Assembly (NCBI GenBank): GCA_030390025.1
Contig: CM059432.1
Span: 98,644,001-98,708,000 of the forward strand
DNA from: Squalus acanthias
Taxonomy: Eukaryota
DNA: 64,000 bases
Direction: 5' to 3'
Shown here: piece by piece, positions 22,610-35,223 of the stretch
How the letters are laid out: each line of letters opens with the position of its first letter
Position numbering within the stretch: position 1 is the stretch's first letter
Notes under the pieces: generated by a model
The model's database searches: none
What the model saw: only the letters and a program-made list of their open reading frames with translations
Told to the model about the DNA's origin: nothing
Translations under genes and position numbers: made by a program

Positions 22610-24870
22610 GCAACAACAACAACAACTTGCATTTATATAGCGCCTTTAACATAGTAAAACGTCCCAAGGCGCTTCACAGAAGCATTATCAAACAAAATTT
22701 GACACCGAACCACATAAGGATGCATTAGGACAGAAGAGGTAGGTTTTAAGGAGTGTCTTAAAGGAAGAGAGAGAAGTACTGGCGGGCAAAATAAAGGAAA
22801 ATCCCAAGGTGTTTTATAAGTATATTAAGGGCAAGAGGATAACCAGGGACAGAGTAGGTCCCATTGGGGACCAAAGTGGCAATCTGTGTGCAGAGCCGGA
22901 AGATGTAGGTGAGGTTTTAAATGAATATTTTGCATCTGTGTTCACTATGGAGAAGGACGATGTTGGCATAGAAATCAGGCAGGGGGATTGTGATATACTT
23001 GAACAAATTAGTATTAAGAGGGAGGAGGTACTAGTGGTTTTAACTGGCTTAAAAGTGGATAAATCCCCAGGCCCAGATGAGATGTATCCCAGGCTGCTAT
23101 GTGAGGCAAGGGAGGAGATTGCAGGGGCTCTGACACAAATTTTCAGAACCTCTCTGGCCACAGGGGAGGTGCCAGAGGACTGGAGGACAGCTAATGTAGT
23201 ACCATTATTCAAGAAGGGTAGTAGGGATAAACCAGGGAATTACAGGCCAGTGAGCCTAACATCAGTGGTAGGGAAATTATTGGAAAAAATTCTGAGGGAC
23301 AGAATCAGTCTCCACTTGGAGAGGCAAGGATTAATCAAGGCATGGCTTTGTCAGGGGGAGATCATGTCTAACCAATTTGATTGCATTTTTCGAGGGCATG
23401 ACTAGGTGTGTGGATGAGGGTAGTGCAGTTGATGTAGTCTACATGGACTTCAGTAAGGCTTTTGACAAAGTCCCGCATGGGAGACTGGTCAAGAAGGTAA
23501 GAGTCCATGGGATCCAGGGCAATTTGGCACATTGGATCCAAAATTGGCTTAGTGGCAGGAGGCAGACGGTGATGGTCGAAGGTTGTTTTTGTGACTGGAA
23601 GCCTGTGTCCAGTGGTGTACCGCAGGGATCAGTGCTGGGTCCTTTGCTGTTTGTAGTGTACATTAATGATTTAGATATGAATGTAGGAGGTATGATCAGT
23701 AAGTTCGCAGATGACACGAAAATTGATGGAGTGGTAAATAGCGAGGAGGGAAGCCTCAGGCTACAGGATGATATAGACAGGTTGGTCAAATAGGCAGAAC
23801 AGTGACAAATGGAATTTAACCCTGAAAAGTGTGAGGTGATGCATTTTGGGAGGACTAACAAGGCAAGGGAATACACAATGAATGGTAGGACCCTAGGAAG
23901 GTCAGATGATCAGAGGGATCTTGGTGTGCATGTACATAGATCCCTGAAGGCAGCAGGACAGGTAGATAAGGTGGTTAAAAAGGCATATGGGATACTTGCC
24001 TTCATTAGCCGAGGCATAGAATATAAGAGCAGGGAGGTTATGATGGAGCTGTACAAAATGCTAGTTAGGCCACAGCTGGAATACTGTGTGCAGTTCTGGT
24101 CGCCACACTATAGGAAGGATGTGATTGCATTGGAGAGGGTGCAGAGGAGATTCACCAGGATGTTACCTGGGCTGGAGCGCTTCAGCTATGAAGAGAGACT
24201 GGACAGGCTGGGGTTGTTTTCCTTAGAGCAGAGAAGGCTGAGGGGGGATCTGATTGAGGGGCATAGATAGGGTAGATAGAAAGGAACTTTTCCCCTTAGT
24301 AGAGGGGTCAATAACCAGGGGGCATAGTTTCAAGGTAAGGGGCAGGAGGTTTAGAGGGGATTTGAGGAAAAACGTTTTCACCCAGAGGGTGGTTGGAATC
24401 TGGAACTCACTGCCTGAAAGAGTGGTAGAGGCAGGAACCCTCATAACATTCAAGAAGCATTTAGATGAGCACTTGAAACGCCATAGCATACAAGGCTATG
24501 GACCAAGTGCTGGAAAATGGGATTAGAATAGACAGGGCTTGATGGCCGGCGCGGACACGATGGGCCAAAGGGCCTCTTTCTGTGCTGTATGACTCTATGA
24601 CTCGAGAGACGCAGAGAGGTTTAGGGAGGGAATTCCAGAGCTTAGGGCCTAGGCAGCTGAAGACATGGATGCCAATGATTGAGCGATTAAAGTAGGGGAC
24701 GCACAAGAGGCCAGAATTGGAGAAGCGCAGCGATCTCGCAGGGCTGTAGGGCTGGAGGAGGTTACAGTGATAGGGAGCGGCGAGGCCATGAAGGGATTTG
24801 AAAACAAGGATGAGAATTTTAAAATTGAGACGTTGCGGGCCAGGAGCCAATGTAGGTCAGTGAGCACAGA
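22610..24870 (-). mobile_element. L2 LINE 3' portion split by a CR1 insertion
   Basis: (CAA)n tail at 22610, resumes at ~24604; LTDLHWL..FKILILVFKSLHGLA motif. Confidence 0.85.
22775..24603 (+). mobile_element. CR1 LINE (family A), RT region to 3' tail
   Basis: KSPGPDEMYPRLL, NYRPVSLTS, FADDTK, QFWSPHYRKD; (CTATGACT)n tail; GAGAGA flanks. Confidence 0.95.
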
Positions 24871-25502
24871 GCAGCAAAGATGGGTAATCATTTTAAAAGT
24901 TGTCTTTTTCCATGTTCCCGTGGCTTGCGTCAAGTTATGAAAAGTGTTTTTTTTTTACTTCCTGTCAAACACATTGCAGAACATTTCAAGAAATCATAGA
25001 GAAATTGTCATGGACAGAGAATTTATTTAACCTATGTGTCACTGAATCTTTGTACCACTAGTTTTACCCCGAGATGCTATCATGTGGAATGCACTACCTG
25101 AAAGGGTGGTCAAAGCAGATTCAATAGAAACTTTCAAAAAGGAATTGGATATATACTTGAAAAGGACAAATTTGCAGGGCTATGGGGAAAGAGCAGGGTG
25201 TGAAACTAATTGGATAGCTCTTTCAAAGAGCCTGCAAAGGTACATTGGGCCGAAAGGCCTCCTTCTACACCACAATCACTAATATGGATTTCATAAACAA
25301 AATGTTATTAAAGTAGAGTTGGTTCAGCACAACAATTGGGTTTGTGCAGTGGCAATATTTAGAAAGCATTCATGTGTGTAGCAAACCTTTTGAAAGCTCA
25401 TGCACTTTTCATGCGAAGCTCCGGGTATTATAAATGACACAATCTCCTGAGGATTCAAAACTCCAAATATCATGAATTGATTTCTTTTGAATTCTGTATT
25501 GA

Positions 25503-25531
25503 TTTTTACTTTCTCTTTATTCCAGGTAAGT
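25503..25531 (+). promoter_or_regulatory. Candidate recursive splice site (polypyrimidine-CAG|GTAAGT)
   Basis: TTTTTACTTTCTCTTTATTCCAG immediately followed by consensus donor GTAAGT, in unique sequence. Confidence 0.5.
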
Positions 25532-26364
25532 ATGAACGATTAAACAGAAGTAAATACAACAGGGATTTCTAAACTGAATAGAAGGATATAAAAAAGTAGT
25601 GATTCCATTTTCCACACTCGAAAGTCAGATAGTAAGATCGTGCCATTTGCGTTACAAATGACCTGCAGTCAGCACGGAATAAAAGAGTAACAATTCACAT
25701 CTGGTGCTGCAGACCAGAATTCATCTCAGTGACAACTCTTATATGTGCAGCTTGGATAAGCTGCAGCCTCAGCACAGAACAGATGATATGAAGTGCAGGA
25801 CATGTTAGAAACTTGAAAAAGCTATTAGCCCAATAAATTTGCACATTTTCAGCTGACGCCAATTTCATCTTCCCTACTCCTCACTGTATTAATCTATGTC
25901 TTTCATTGGAAATATATCAGGACATTAAAAAGCAGGCCATGTTGCGGCAACATCAACATTCCTTGGTGGCCAATAGAGTGGTACAACAACAGTGTTCTTT
26001 TGCTGACTGTTCCAGCTGATGAAGGAAGCTGTACTTGTCTTTTCAACATCTCCACAAGTGCATCAACTGTCTAAAGGGTATATGCTTCCCAAAAACATGG
26101 TGGATGTCTTCTATATAAACTATGTACAGCTCTTGTATAAGACTAAGGTGACACGTATCAATGTGAACTTTTATTTTGTGCATATTGTGTTAAAACATTG
26201 TTATGTAACTAATTATGCAAACTGTCAAAATTAACTATAATGAAACAACTGCACAGCCGCTGCAAACCTATTATAAAGAAAATATTCGATTTAATGGCAC
26301 TGCAAAAAGATTTTGATTCTGAAGAATGGTCACTGGGTGTTAACAATTCATCTAAAAACAAATA

Positions 26365-26928
26365 CAGGTCGAGCGTCCTGAATCCGGCAACCTCGGGACC
26401 GAGGCCGAGCCGGTTTTCGTGTTTTTCCGGACTTCGGAACGTGTTTCTGATGTCCAAAGTCCGGAAATATCGCAACCTGGGCTCGGGCGTTTCCGGACTT
26501 CGGACATCAGAAACACGTTCCGAGTCCGTAAATGCCTGGGCCGCTCCATGTAGCGTTGACGCGTTTCTCCGCCCCTCCCCTTCTGTTAAAGGGGGGGGGG
26601 ACACTGCGAGCTCTGCAGAGCATCGATAGCCCACACTAGGCCACCAGGGCAGCGTGGTGCCATGGCTGCAGCCTGGCGCAAACACTTAGTGGAGCTGTGC
26701 AGATTAAGGAGGATAAAACACAACTCTAAAATTTTATTGCATCACTCGCATTTTTCATAGGATTTTTCAAAAAAAGACAACAAAAGTTGATGGCTTTTTG
26801 AAGTACAGGTTGAGCGTCCAAAATCCGGAGTTCCGGATTCCCGAACATTTTACTGATTCCGGACGACCCTGCCAACAATCGTCCCGGAGTCCGGATTCCG
26901 GAACTCCAGAATTTGGACGCTCAACCTG
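26365..26928. mobile_element. Tc1/mariner-pogo (Tigger-like) MITE(s)
   Basis: TA|CAGGTCGAGCGTCC at 26365, TA|CAGGTTGAGCGTCC at 26806 and GGACGCTCAACCTG|TA at 26928; TCCGGA-rich palindromic interior. Confidence 0.8.
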
Positions 26929-26949
26929 TATAAAGTTCTTGAAAATATT

Positions 26950-27843
26950 GGGGGGGAAAATTCAGTTGGCTGCGCCTCCCATGAGCGCCTTAAGAGGGCG
27001 CTAATGGGGCGCAAAGCATCTAGCGCCAGGGCGCGGCGATGTTTGCGCCGCTCGCGAATTTAACTAGACATTTTGCGGCGGCGCTAAAGACTACCACCAC
27101 GATCTCCTGCGCCGGCAGAGCGTGACGTCAGTCGAGTGCGCAACGCCCCGGTATCGCCCCGGAGCGGATATTGAGTGGCGCCCCCTGCCTTACCGCCTGC
27201 CGCTAGCAACGACAGGTTGAGGGGAGCGTTTTGCAGTCAGGAAGGGACTGGGGGAGCGCTATTTAAAGGTGACCGCTTTCTGCCTTTTATTGTTGGTGTC
27301 ATTTTTGAACCACGCATTCTGAGAGGGAGAGAGAGAGACTTCTGGAGAGATTCAACGCTGTGTGAAGGAGTTTTGGGTACTGAGCAGCACTTTGCAGGTT
27401 CATTTTGATTTGTCCTTCCTTTTATCGATTTAGAAGAGACTATGGGGGCTGCACTCTGAGCTCTTTCCCTGGTACTCTCCATTGTTCTTTCCAACAGATT
27501 TGATGTGCAGGTCTCTCCAGGCCGAGATTCAAGGCTGCAATGAGCAGGATGTGGATGGAAAGCAAGATCAACCCTTCCCTTTAAGAACTGGCCTGCCTCA
27601 TTGTGTCTGTGTTCCATTGCTGACTGACATCACATGAGCTTCGCCAGCGCTCTGAGGTAGCACCTCGCTCCTCGGCCTTTGTGCCTTAAGACAGTTGTGA
27701 AGTGCCTGATTTAGCGCTCCAATCACCTCCAGGGGCGATAAACGTCAAGTTTGCAGTCAGTGGCGATAATTAGCGCCAGGCGCTAATCTTTGCACCCGGC
27801 CGATAATTGCGCCCCAAATGGGGCGATACTGAATTTCTCCCCC
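26950..27843 (+). mobile_element. Non-autonomous deletion derivative of the Harbinger at 1969-3550
   Basis: First ~350 bp match the reverse complement of 3200-3550; TIRs GGGGGAAAATTCAGT / ACTGAATTTCTCCCCC; ATT on both flanks. Confidence 0.85.
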
Positions 27844-28104
27844 ATTGTGTCCTTATATTTTTGTTCCGGCAGATTTGGATTTTGCGTTATAATGTCAGAT
27901 TGAAGGAGTTAGGAGCATTTTATTGAGCAAAATGTTCAGCTGGGTATGACTAGTAGTCACAGCTTCAATAAATGGTGTAGAGTATTGTCAGGTCTAAAGA
28001 GAAAAGAACATTTTACGTGTATTATTAGTCATGGCAAAAAAAGTGATGCTATCTCTATAATGTTACTTATGATTAAATACAATACAACAAATTAGAAAAA
28101 AAAG

Positions 28105-29252
28105 GAAGACTTGTATTCATATAATGACTTTCACCACCTTAGGATGTCCCAAAGTGCTTTACAAACAATGAAGTACTTATTTTTTGAAGTGCACTCACTG
28201 TCGTAATAGTAGGAAATGCGGCAGCCAATTTGCGCAGAGTAAACTCCCACAAACAGGAATTAAATAAATAACCAGATCATCTGTTTTAGGTAAAAAAAGA
28301 AAATGCTGGAAATACTCAGCAGGTCAGGCAGCATCTGTGGAGAGAGAAACAGAGTTAATGTTTCAGGTCGATGACCCTTCATCAGAACTGGAAAAAGCTG
28401 GAGATGGAACAGGTTTTTAAGTAAGTGCAGGGGCAGGGAAAGGGGGGAGGGGAGGAAAGAACAAAAGGGAAGGTCTGTGATAGGATGGAAGGCAGGAGAG
28501 ATTAAGAGACATTAAGAGATGGTGCAAGGCAAAAGGAGATGGTAATGGGACAAGTTAAGAAACAAAAGATGGCTCTAGATGAAGTGTAAATGGCACTGGC
28601 AGAATGAAAGACAGCTGCCATGTGGGAGGGAGAAAAAAAAAAAAAAAAAAAAATAATAAATAAAATAAATGGAACAAAAAGGATAGGGGCAGAGGTTATG
28701 GTCTGAAATTGTTGAACTCTATGTTGAGTCCATAAGGCTTTAAAGTGCCTCATAAACCTTCCCTTTCGTTCTTTCCTCCCCTCCCTCCTTTCCCTGCCCC
28801 AGCACTTGCTTAATAACCTTTTCGATCTCCAGCTTTTTCCAGTTCTGACGAAGGATCAATGACCTGAAACATTAACTCTGTTTCTCTCTCCACAGATGGT
28901 GCCTGACCTGCTGAGTATTTCCAGCATCTTCTTTTTTTATTTCAGATTTCCGGCATCCGCAGTATTTTTCTTTTCTATATCTGTTTTAGGTGTTTGTTGA
29001 GCGGTAAATATTGGCCAGGACACCAGGAAAACTGCCCAGTTCATCTTTGTATAGTGCCATGGGATATTGTACGTCCACCTGAGAGGGCAGACAGGGCCTC
29101 AATTTAACATCTCATCTGAAAGATGGCACCTCCAACAGTGCAGCACTCCATCAGTGCTGCACTGAAGTGTCAGCCTGGATTATAGGCTCAAGTCTCTGGA
29201 GTGGGGCTTGAACCCACAACCTTCTGACTCAGAGGCTAGAGTGCTACCACTG
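28105..29252 (-). mobile_element. Deu-domain SINE with L2-type tail, split by a Penelope-type insertion
   Basis: tRNA head (GGTTCAAGCCC B-box ~29205), Deu-like core GGTGCCATCTTTCAGATGAGATGTTAAA; homologous to 59680-60026. Confidence 0.8.
28292..28978. mobile_element. Penelope-type element with inverted terminal arms and hammerhead cores
   Basis: Inverted arms ~28295-28470 / ~28765-28935; 13-bp TSD ATCTGTTTTAGGT (28279-28291, 28979-28991); CTGAYGA...GAAA cores at 28353-28389 (-) and 28841-28876 (+). Confidence 0.8.
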
Positions 29253-29289
29253 TTATTACTAGCTGACACATCATTTAGTGCCTCTGAAA

Positions 29290-31430
29290 TACACCTCTTT
29301 GCCTGATTTGACAAAGCCCTTCCCAATCCTCTTCCCACCACTGTTTCTGCTTGTTTCTCCACCCATTCAGACTTGAACGGATATGGCGGACAACTAGTTT
29401 AGCCATTCACCGCCAGATCTGGCTGGACCACGTAAAGCATTATCAGTTCCTGCTCTCATCTCCCAAAATTGCTCACTATTCCAGAATCATTCTGGAATGC
29501 AAAGATAATCCCCGGCTCCTATTCTCTACTGCTAACCGTCTTCTTAAACCCCTCTCGTCTGTCTCCTCCACCCTCACCTCCGACAACAAGTGTGAGGAGC
29601 TCATGGACTTCTTTGTCTCTAAGATTGAGAGCATCCATTCAGCTGCCTCTGCCACTTCCCTTCCTTCCCCTAGCCCACCAGGACAAACTTCCTCTAAGGT
29701 TACCCCCTGCCCTAGCCCTGAACTCACATCTTTCTCCAGTTTCTCTCCGATCTCCCCTCATGACCTCTCCGCGCTTATCTTGTCCATGAGACCCACTTCT
29801 TGCTCCCTCGACCCGATTCCCACGAAACTGCTGACCACCCAACTTCCTTTTCTGGCTCCTATGTTAGCTGATATTGTTAACGGTTCTCTCTCCTCAGGTA
29901 CTGTCCCCTCTCCCTCAAATCTGCCGTCATCACTCGTCTCGTCAAAAAACCAACCCTTGACCCCTCCGTCCTTGCAAACTATAGCCCCATCTCCAACCTC
30001 CCTTTCCTTTCCAAAGTCCTTGAATGTGTTGTCGCTTCCCAAATCCGTATCCATCGTTCCCGCAATTCCATGTTTGAATCCCTCCAATCAGGTTTCTGCC
30101 CTTGCCACAGTACTGAAACGGCTCTCATCAAAGTCACAAATGACATCCTTTGTGACTGTGACAAAGGTAAACTATCCCTCCTCGTCTTCTTGACTTGTCT
30201 GCAGCCTTTGACATGGTTGACCACTCCATCCTTCTCCAACATCTCTCCACCGTCGTCCAGTTGGGTGGGACTGCACTCGCCTGGTTCCATTCTTATCTAT
30301 CTAATCGTAACCAGAGAATCACCTGCAACGGCTTCTCTTCCCTCTCCCACATCGTTACCTCTGGTGTCCCTCAAGGATCTATCCTTGGCCCCCTCCTATT
30401 TCTCATCTGCATGTTGCCCCTTGGCGACATCATCCGAAAACACAGCGTCAGTTTCCACATGTACACTGATGACACCCCGCTCTACCTCACTACCTCTTCT
30501 CTCGACCCCTCCACGGTGTCTAAATTGTCAGACTGCTTGTCCAACATCCAGTTGGATGAGCAAAAATTTTCTCCAATTAAATATTGGGAAGACCGAAGCC
30601 ATTGCCTTCGGTCCCCGCCACAAACTCCGTTCCCTAGCCACTGACTCCATCCCTCTCGCTAACATCTGTCTGTGGCTGAACCACACTGTTCGCAACCTTG
30701 GTGTCATATTTGACCCTGAAATGAGCTTCCGACCACATATCAGCAGCATAACTAAGAACACCTATTTCCACCTCCGTAACGTCGCCCGTCTCCGCCCTTA
30801 TCTCAGCTCATCCGCTGCTGAAACCCTCATCCATGCCTTTGTTACCTCTAGACTTGACTATTCCAATGCACTCCTGGCTGGCATCCCACATTCTACCCCA
30901 TGTAAACTTGAAGTCATCCAAAACTCGGCTGCCAGTATCCTAACTCGCACCAAGTCCCGTTCACCCATCACACCTGTGCTCGCTGACCTACATTGGCTCC
31001 CGGTTAAGCAACGCCTCGATTTCAAAATTCTCATCCTTGTTTTTAAACCCCTCCATGGCCTCGCCCCTCCCTATCTCTGTAATCTCCTTCAGCCCCACAA
31101 CTCCTCGAGATATCTGCGCTCCTCTAATTCTGCCCTCTTGAGCAACCCTGATTATAATCGCTCAATCATTGGTGGCCATGCCTTCTGTTGCCTAGGCCCT
31201 TAGCTCTGGAATTCCCTGCCTAAACCTTTCCGCCTCACTACCTCTCTTTCCTCCTTTAAGACGCTCCTTAAAACCTACTCTTTGACCAAGCTTTTGGTCA
31301 CCTGCCCTAAGTTCTCCTTATGTGGCTCAGTGTAAATTTTTTTGTCTTTTAACACTCCTGTGAAGTGCCTTGGGACGTTTTACTACATTAAAGGTGCTAT
31401 ATAAGTACAAGTTGTTGTTGTTGTTGTTGC
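29290..31430 (+). mobile_element. L2 LINE, 5'-truncated ORF2, frameshifted
   Basis: TSCSLDPIPT, QSGF..HSTETAL, SAAFDMVDH, GVPQGSILGP, YTDD, SRLDYSNALL; (TTG)n tail. Confidence 0.95.
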
Positions 31431-33053
31431 TGCTGCTGCCACAACTTTACAGGCTTATGGAAACAGTAAACATTATGGGCACAGCTATTTTAAAATGCTC
31501 AGCATCTATAACTGGAATATATGCTCTAAGTGGTGCCTTAGAATGCCTGAATAATATCAGCATGTGGCACTGTCAATTTATATAAGTTTGAGTGTGAAAA
31601 GAAGCAATGACATTGATGGAGGAAAAGATACAGAAGGAGAAGATACAGAGAAAGAGTGTGTGGGGACTGGATTTTAATGGATGGGGAACAGACAGGGGTT
31701 TGTAATAGACAATGGATGGATATCACCATCTCAACTTCTTGAATAATGCCCACCTTTTTCTGGAACTCATGAATCTGTCCCTTTTCCATGGCCACCAGCT
31801 TAGGCAGGCAGTGGCAAAAGACTAGGGAGGAGAACTTCTCAATCTCCATAGTGAAGAGCAATCTACTCTTACAGTGATCTTTCAGTGCCTCGCTATGGAA
31901 TCAGAAAACACTGGAAATCATCACCACTGGGCAGAGGGAGTTCAAATTACCCCCATTGTTCCTGACAGGTATGAGTGTAACCAGGGGCAGGCAGGGTCAC
32001 GAGCAGTCCACACTTGCGCTCTCCATTCTCCAACACTGGTTTACTCCTTGTTTCTCTGCTCTGTTCTTTCAGTGACCATGTCACTCCCCTATGGAACTCT
32101 CCCCATATCTCTCCATCTTGGCTCCTTCCTTACCTCCCACAACCCTATTATTTAATCATATCCTTCTCGACTCATTTTTGTTTCCCATTTCCCTCCAGCT
32201 CAGTCTCCACATTTTTTCCCCTTTTGTCCTGGGAACTCCCAGAAATGTTTCTCTTTACATGGTGAGTGCTACAGAAATGTAAGCTAGGTTACTGCACCTG
32301 GTTCTGCACTTACAATCCTTTTCTTGGACTTTGGGCACCCACAATCACCCACCATACATGTTTAAAAATGGATATAATCTTTTTTTGTAGAGATAGTTGG
32401 CAGAAAAGGGATGCAGTGGTCTACGTATGCAATGGAGAGGTTGAGGGTGATGTGCAATGATATTGAATTAATTTCACAGTAATACAGTCTGTAATTTTGA
32501 TTGAAAGCAGGTATAGAAGAAAAACAAATTGATAGCTTTAGCTGAAATACGCTGGCTTTTTAATTCAAAGTTGCTATATATACATGTATGAATATAGATG
32601 CATTCAGTGAGTCAGAAAGTGAAATCCTTCCGGTATGCCCCCTTCTGTCATAATTGACGGAGGTTTAATTACTCTTATTGCAAAGATGCTGGAGTTGTTC
32701 AATTTTACATTAGCACAATAATAATTTAGCATCTACTTCCCTGAAAGCATTTGAGTTTTCTGTGTCTAATTCAAAAGGGGCAAACAAAAGTTTGCAATTG
32801 GGAGGAATCACATTCAAAATTTGTTGCCACATCCTGGCCGTGAATTTAATGGAGGAGGTGGGATGGGGGCGGGACAGCTGGTTTCCGGGTTCTGGTCCCG
32901 CTCCCAGCTGCATTTGCTCTGCAGACGTGATTTTCCCTTCATTGGCCTTGTTAAGCCCGCCCTGCGGGCTTACCAGCCAATTAACAGGAAGCGGGACTGA
33001 TGACATCATTTGATGACGCGTCATCAGCCGGTTTCCTTAAAGGGACCACGTCC

Positions 33054-33503
33054 ACATAGAAACATAGAAACATAGAAACTAGGAAACATAGAAACTAGGA
33101 GCAGGAGTAGGCCATTCGGCCCGTCGAGCCTGCTCCACCATTCAATACGATCATGGCTGATCATCCAAATCCAGTACCCTGTCCCTGCTATCTCACACAG
33201 AATCCCCATCGAGCCTGCACCGACACATATCCCACCCTATCCCCGTAACCCCACATATTTTAATTCCCCCTAACATATCCCATCCTATCCCCGTAACCCC
33301 ACATATTTAATCCCCCCCTAACACTAAGGGTCAATTTATCATAGCCAAATCAACCTAACCCGCACATTTTTGGACTGTGGGAGGAAACCGGAGCACCCGG
33401 AGGAAACCCACGCAGACACGGGGAGAATGTGCAAACTCCACACAGACAGTCACCCGAGGCCAGATTCGAACCCGGGTCTCTGGCGCTGTGAGGCACCAGT
33501 GCT
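33054..33503 (-). mobile_element. HE1-like V-SINE
   Basis: Reverse complement of 10150-10574 including the V-domain; (CATAGAAA)n tail. Confidence 0.9.
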
Positions 33504-34460
33504 GAGTTTGACAGTTGTTCTGTCAGTATTTGACAGCATTGAGGTGCTGCAAACACTGACAATCACTGCACAAAGGTGAACGCTTGCTCCCAGGCTCTCC
33601 AATGACTCCCACCTTGCTTATGGAGGGAGTCACAGCACGCAGGGAGGTTCTCTTCCTTTCCAAGGGTGGAAGAGACCTCCCCAGGACACCAACTTACCTT
33701 GCACCTCCACCCAACCCTCTCTATCTACTTTATCACTTCCCCATCTCACTAGCCACCCCTCACACTCACCCTCATCCTAGTGCAAGCATACCAACTAACA
33801 ATACACAAATGTAGGCACTTGAGAGGTTTAGACAATGTCCGTGTGAAGTTTCTGGTAATGTGTTGTCATACAGTGAAATCTCTTTTTCAAAAAGTGCCCT
33901 TATTGGACTGATCTGAGCGCACCTTCAGAAGTGTCTTACTGAGTTCCAGTGATTGTTCAGTCATAACTCCCCCCCCCCCACCCCCCCATGCACTCCCCCG
34001 CTATAGTGATGAGTGTGCATGGAATGGCTTGGACATTAAAGGGATGCTTCACGGTGCTGGTGTGTGATGGTGTCAACTTGGCGCATCATGTGGCAGCCAG
34101 GATTTACAGCATCAAATGAAGAAAATCTGGCCATGGTGATGCCATCGCTGGCCTCCTGGGCAGCAATGTTGTCAGGGGCTGATGCCCTGTGTCCAGTGCA
34201 GCATCAGGTGATGGCGGAGAAGGTTGGTGATGTTGTTGGTGATGTTGGTGTGCTTGGTGATGTTGGTGTTGGGGTTGATCGTGGAAGGATTCGGAAGACC
34301 AAGGTCTGATTGTTTCATTGGCTCCGATGTTGCTGGAATAGATGGCAGCTGCAGGTGAGATGACAGAAGCGATCTGTCATTGGTGAGAGAGGTTCTCCCA
34401 ATGAGGTGGCACTGGACATACAGTTGGATCTAAAACCTTGTAAGCTAAAGAAATCTCAAT

Positions 34461-35223
34461 GGCCCAGAAATTCGCCTCTCTGGCTTGCTGCGGGAGTAAG
34501 GATCGCGTGCGCTCTTACCTACCGTGCCTGCCGTTGTGTTTTGGGCCCACGGGTACTTCAGCTCCTGGTCCTGCTCCAAGAGCCGGTGCGCAGTGCTTGC
34601 GTGTCCCAGGGGCGTAGTTAGTGCGATGCGTCCCCTGGGATCACGTGGGCCATGGAGAGCCAATGGCAGCAGACCATCTTTCATTCATAGATTTGACAGG
34701 AGACCTGTCAAATCTGTGAATTGAAATCGGCCCCAAAAGAACAGCTAAACTTAAAATAAATTTAAAAACAACCATCACATTTATAAAATAACTATAGTTA
34801 AATAAATTAACCACTTTAATCAAAAATTTAAATTTTTGAAAAAATTAAAATACTTTTTAAAAGTGATAAAAATAAACTTACCTTTCTTTAAAGTATCTAA
34901 AAAAGATAAACCTGTTGAAAATTTTTTTAAATTATACTTAATTAACCACTTACCTTGTTGAAAACGGGTCCTACGCCTCCTTTTTAATAGCGTAGTTTCT
35001 TCAATACTTACCCTCGCGTAGAAACCTGAAAAAAAATCTAAGTTTGCTGCGTGCGCGCAGCCTCTACCGCGCACGCGGTTCCCCTAGGAACCGCCCCCTT
35101 CACCATACCGGAAGTTCTGGTTTCCCGCGCATGCGCAGTGCATGCAGGAAACCGGCACTTCGGGACGCATTACGGGTGAGTACGGACTGTGTACTCACCC
35201 GGGAAGGGCCGAATTTTTGGCCC
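34461..35223. mobile_element. Harbinger-type MITE with internal hairpin
   Basis: TIRs GGCCCAGAAATTCG / CGAATTTTTGGCCC; homologous to 47175-47918. Confidence 0.8.

Noticed and set aside
30070..31203. 377-aa ORF as an intact gene
   Set aside because: Frameshifted L2 ORF2; the RT core is in another frame (30195-30644).
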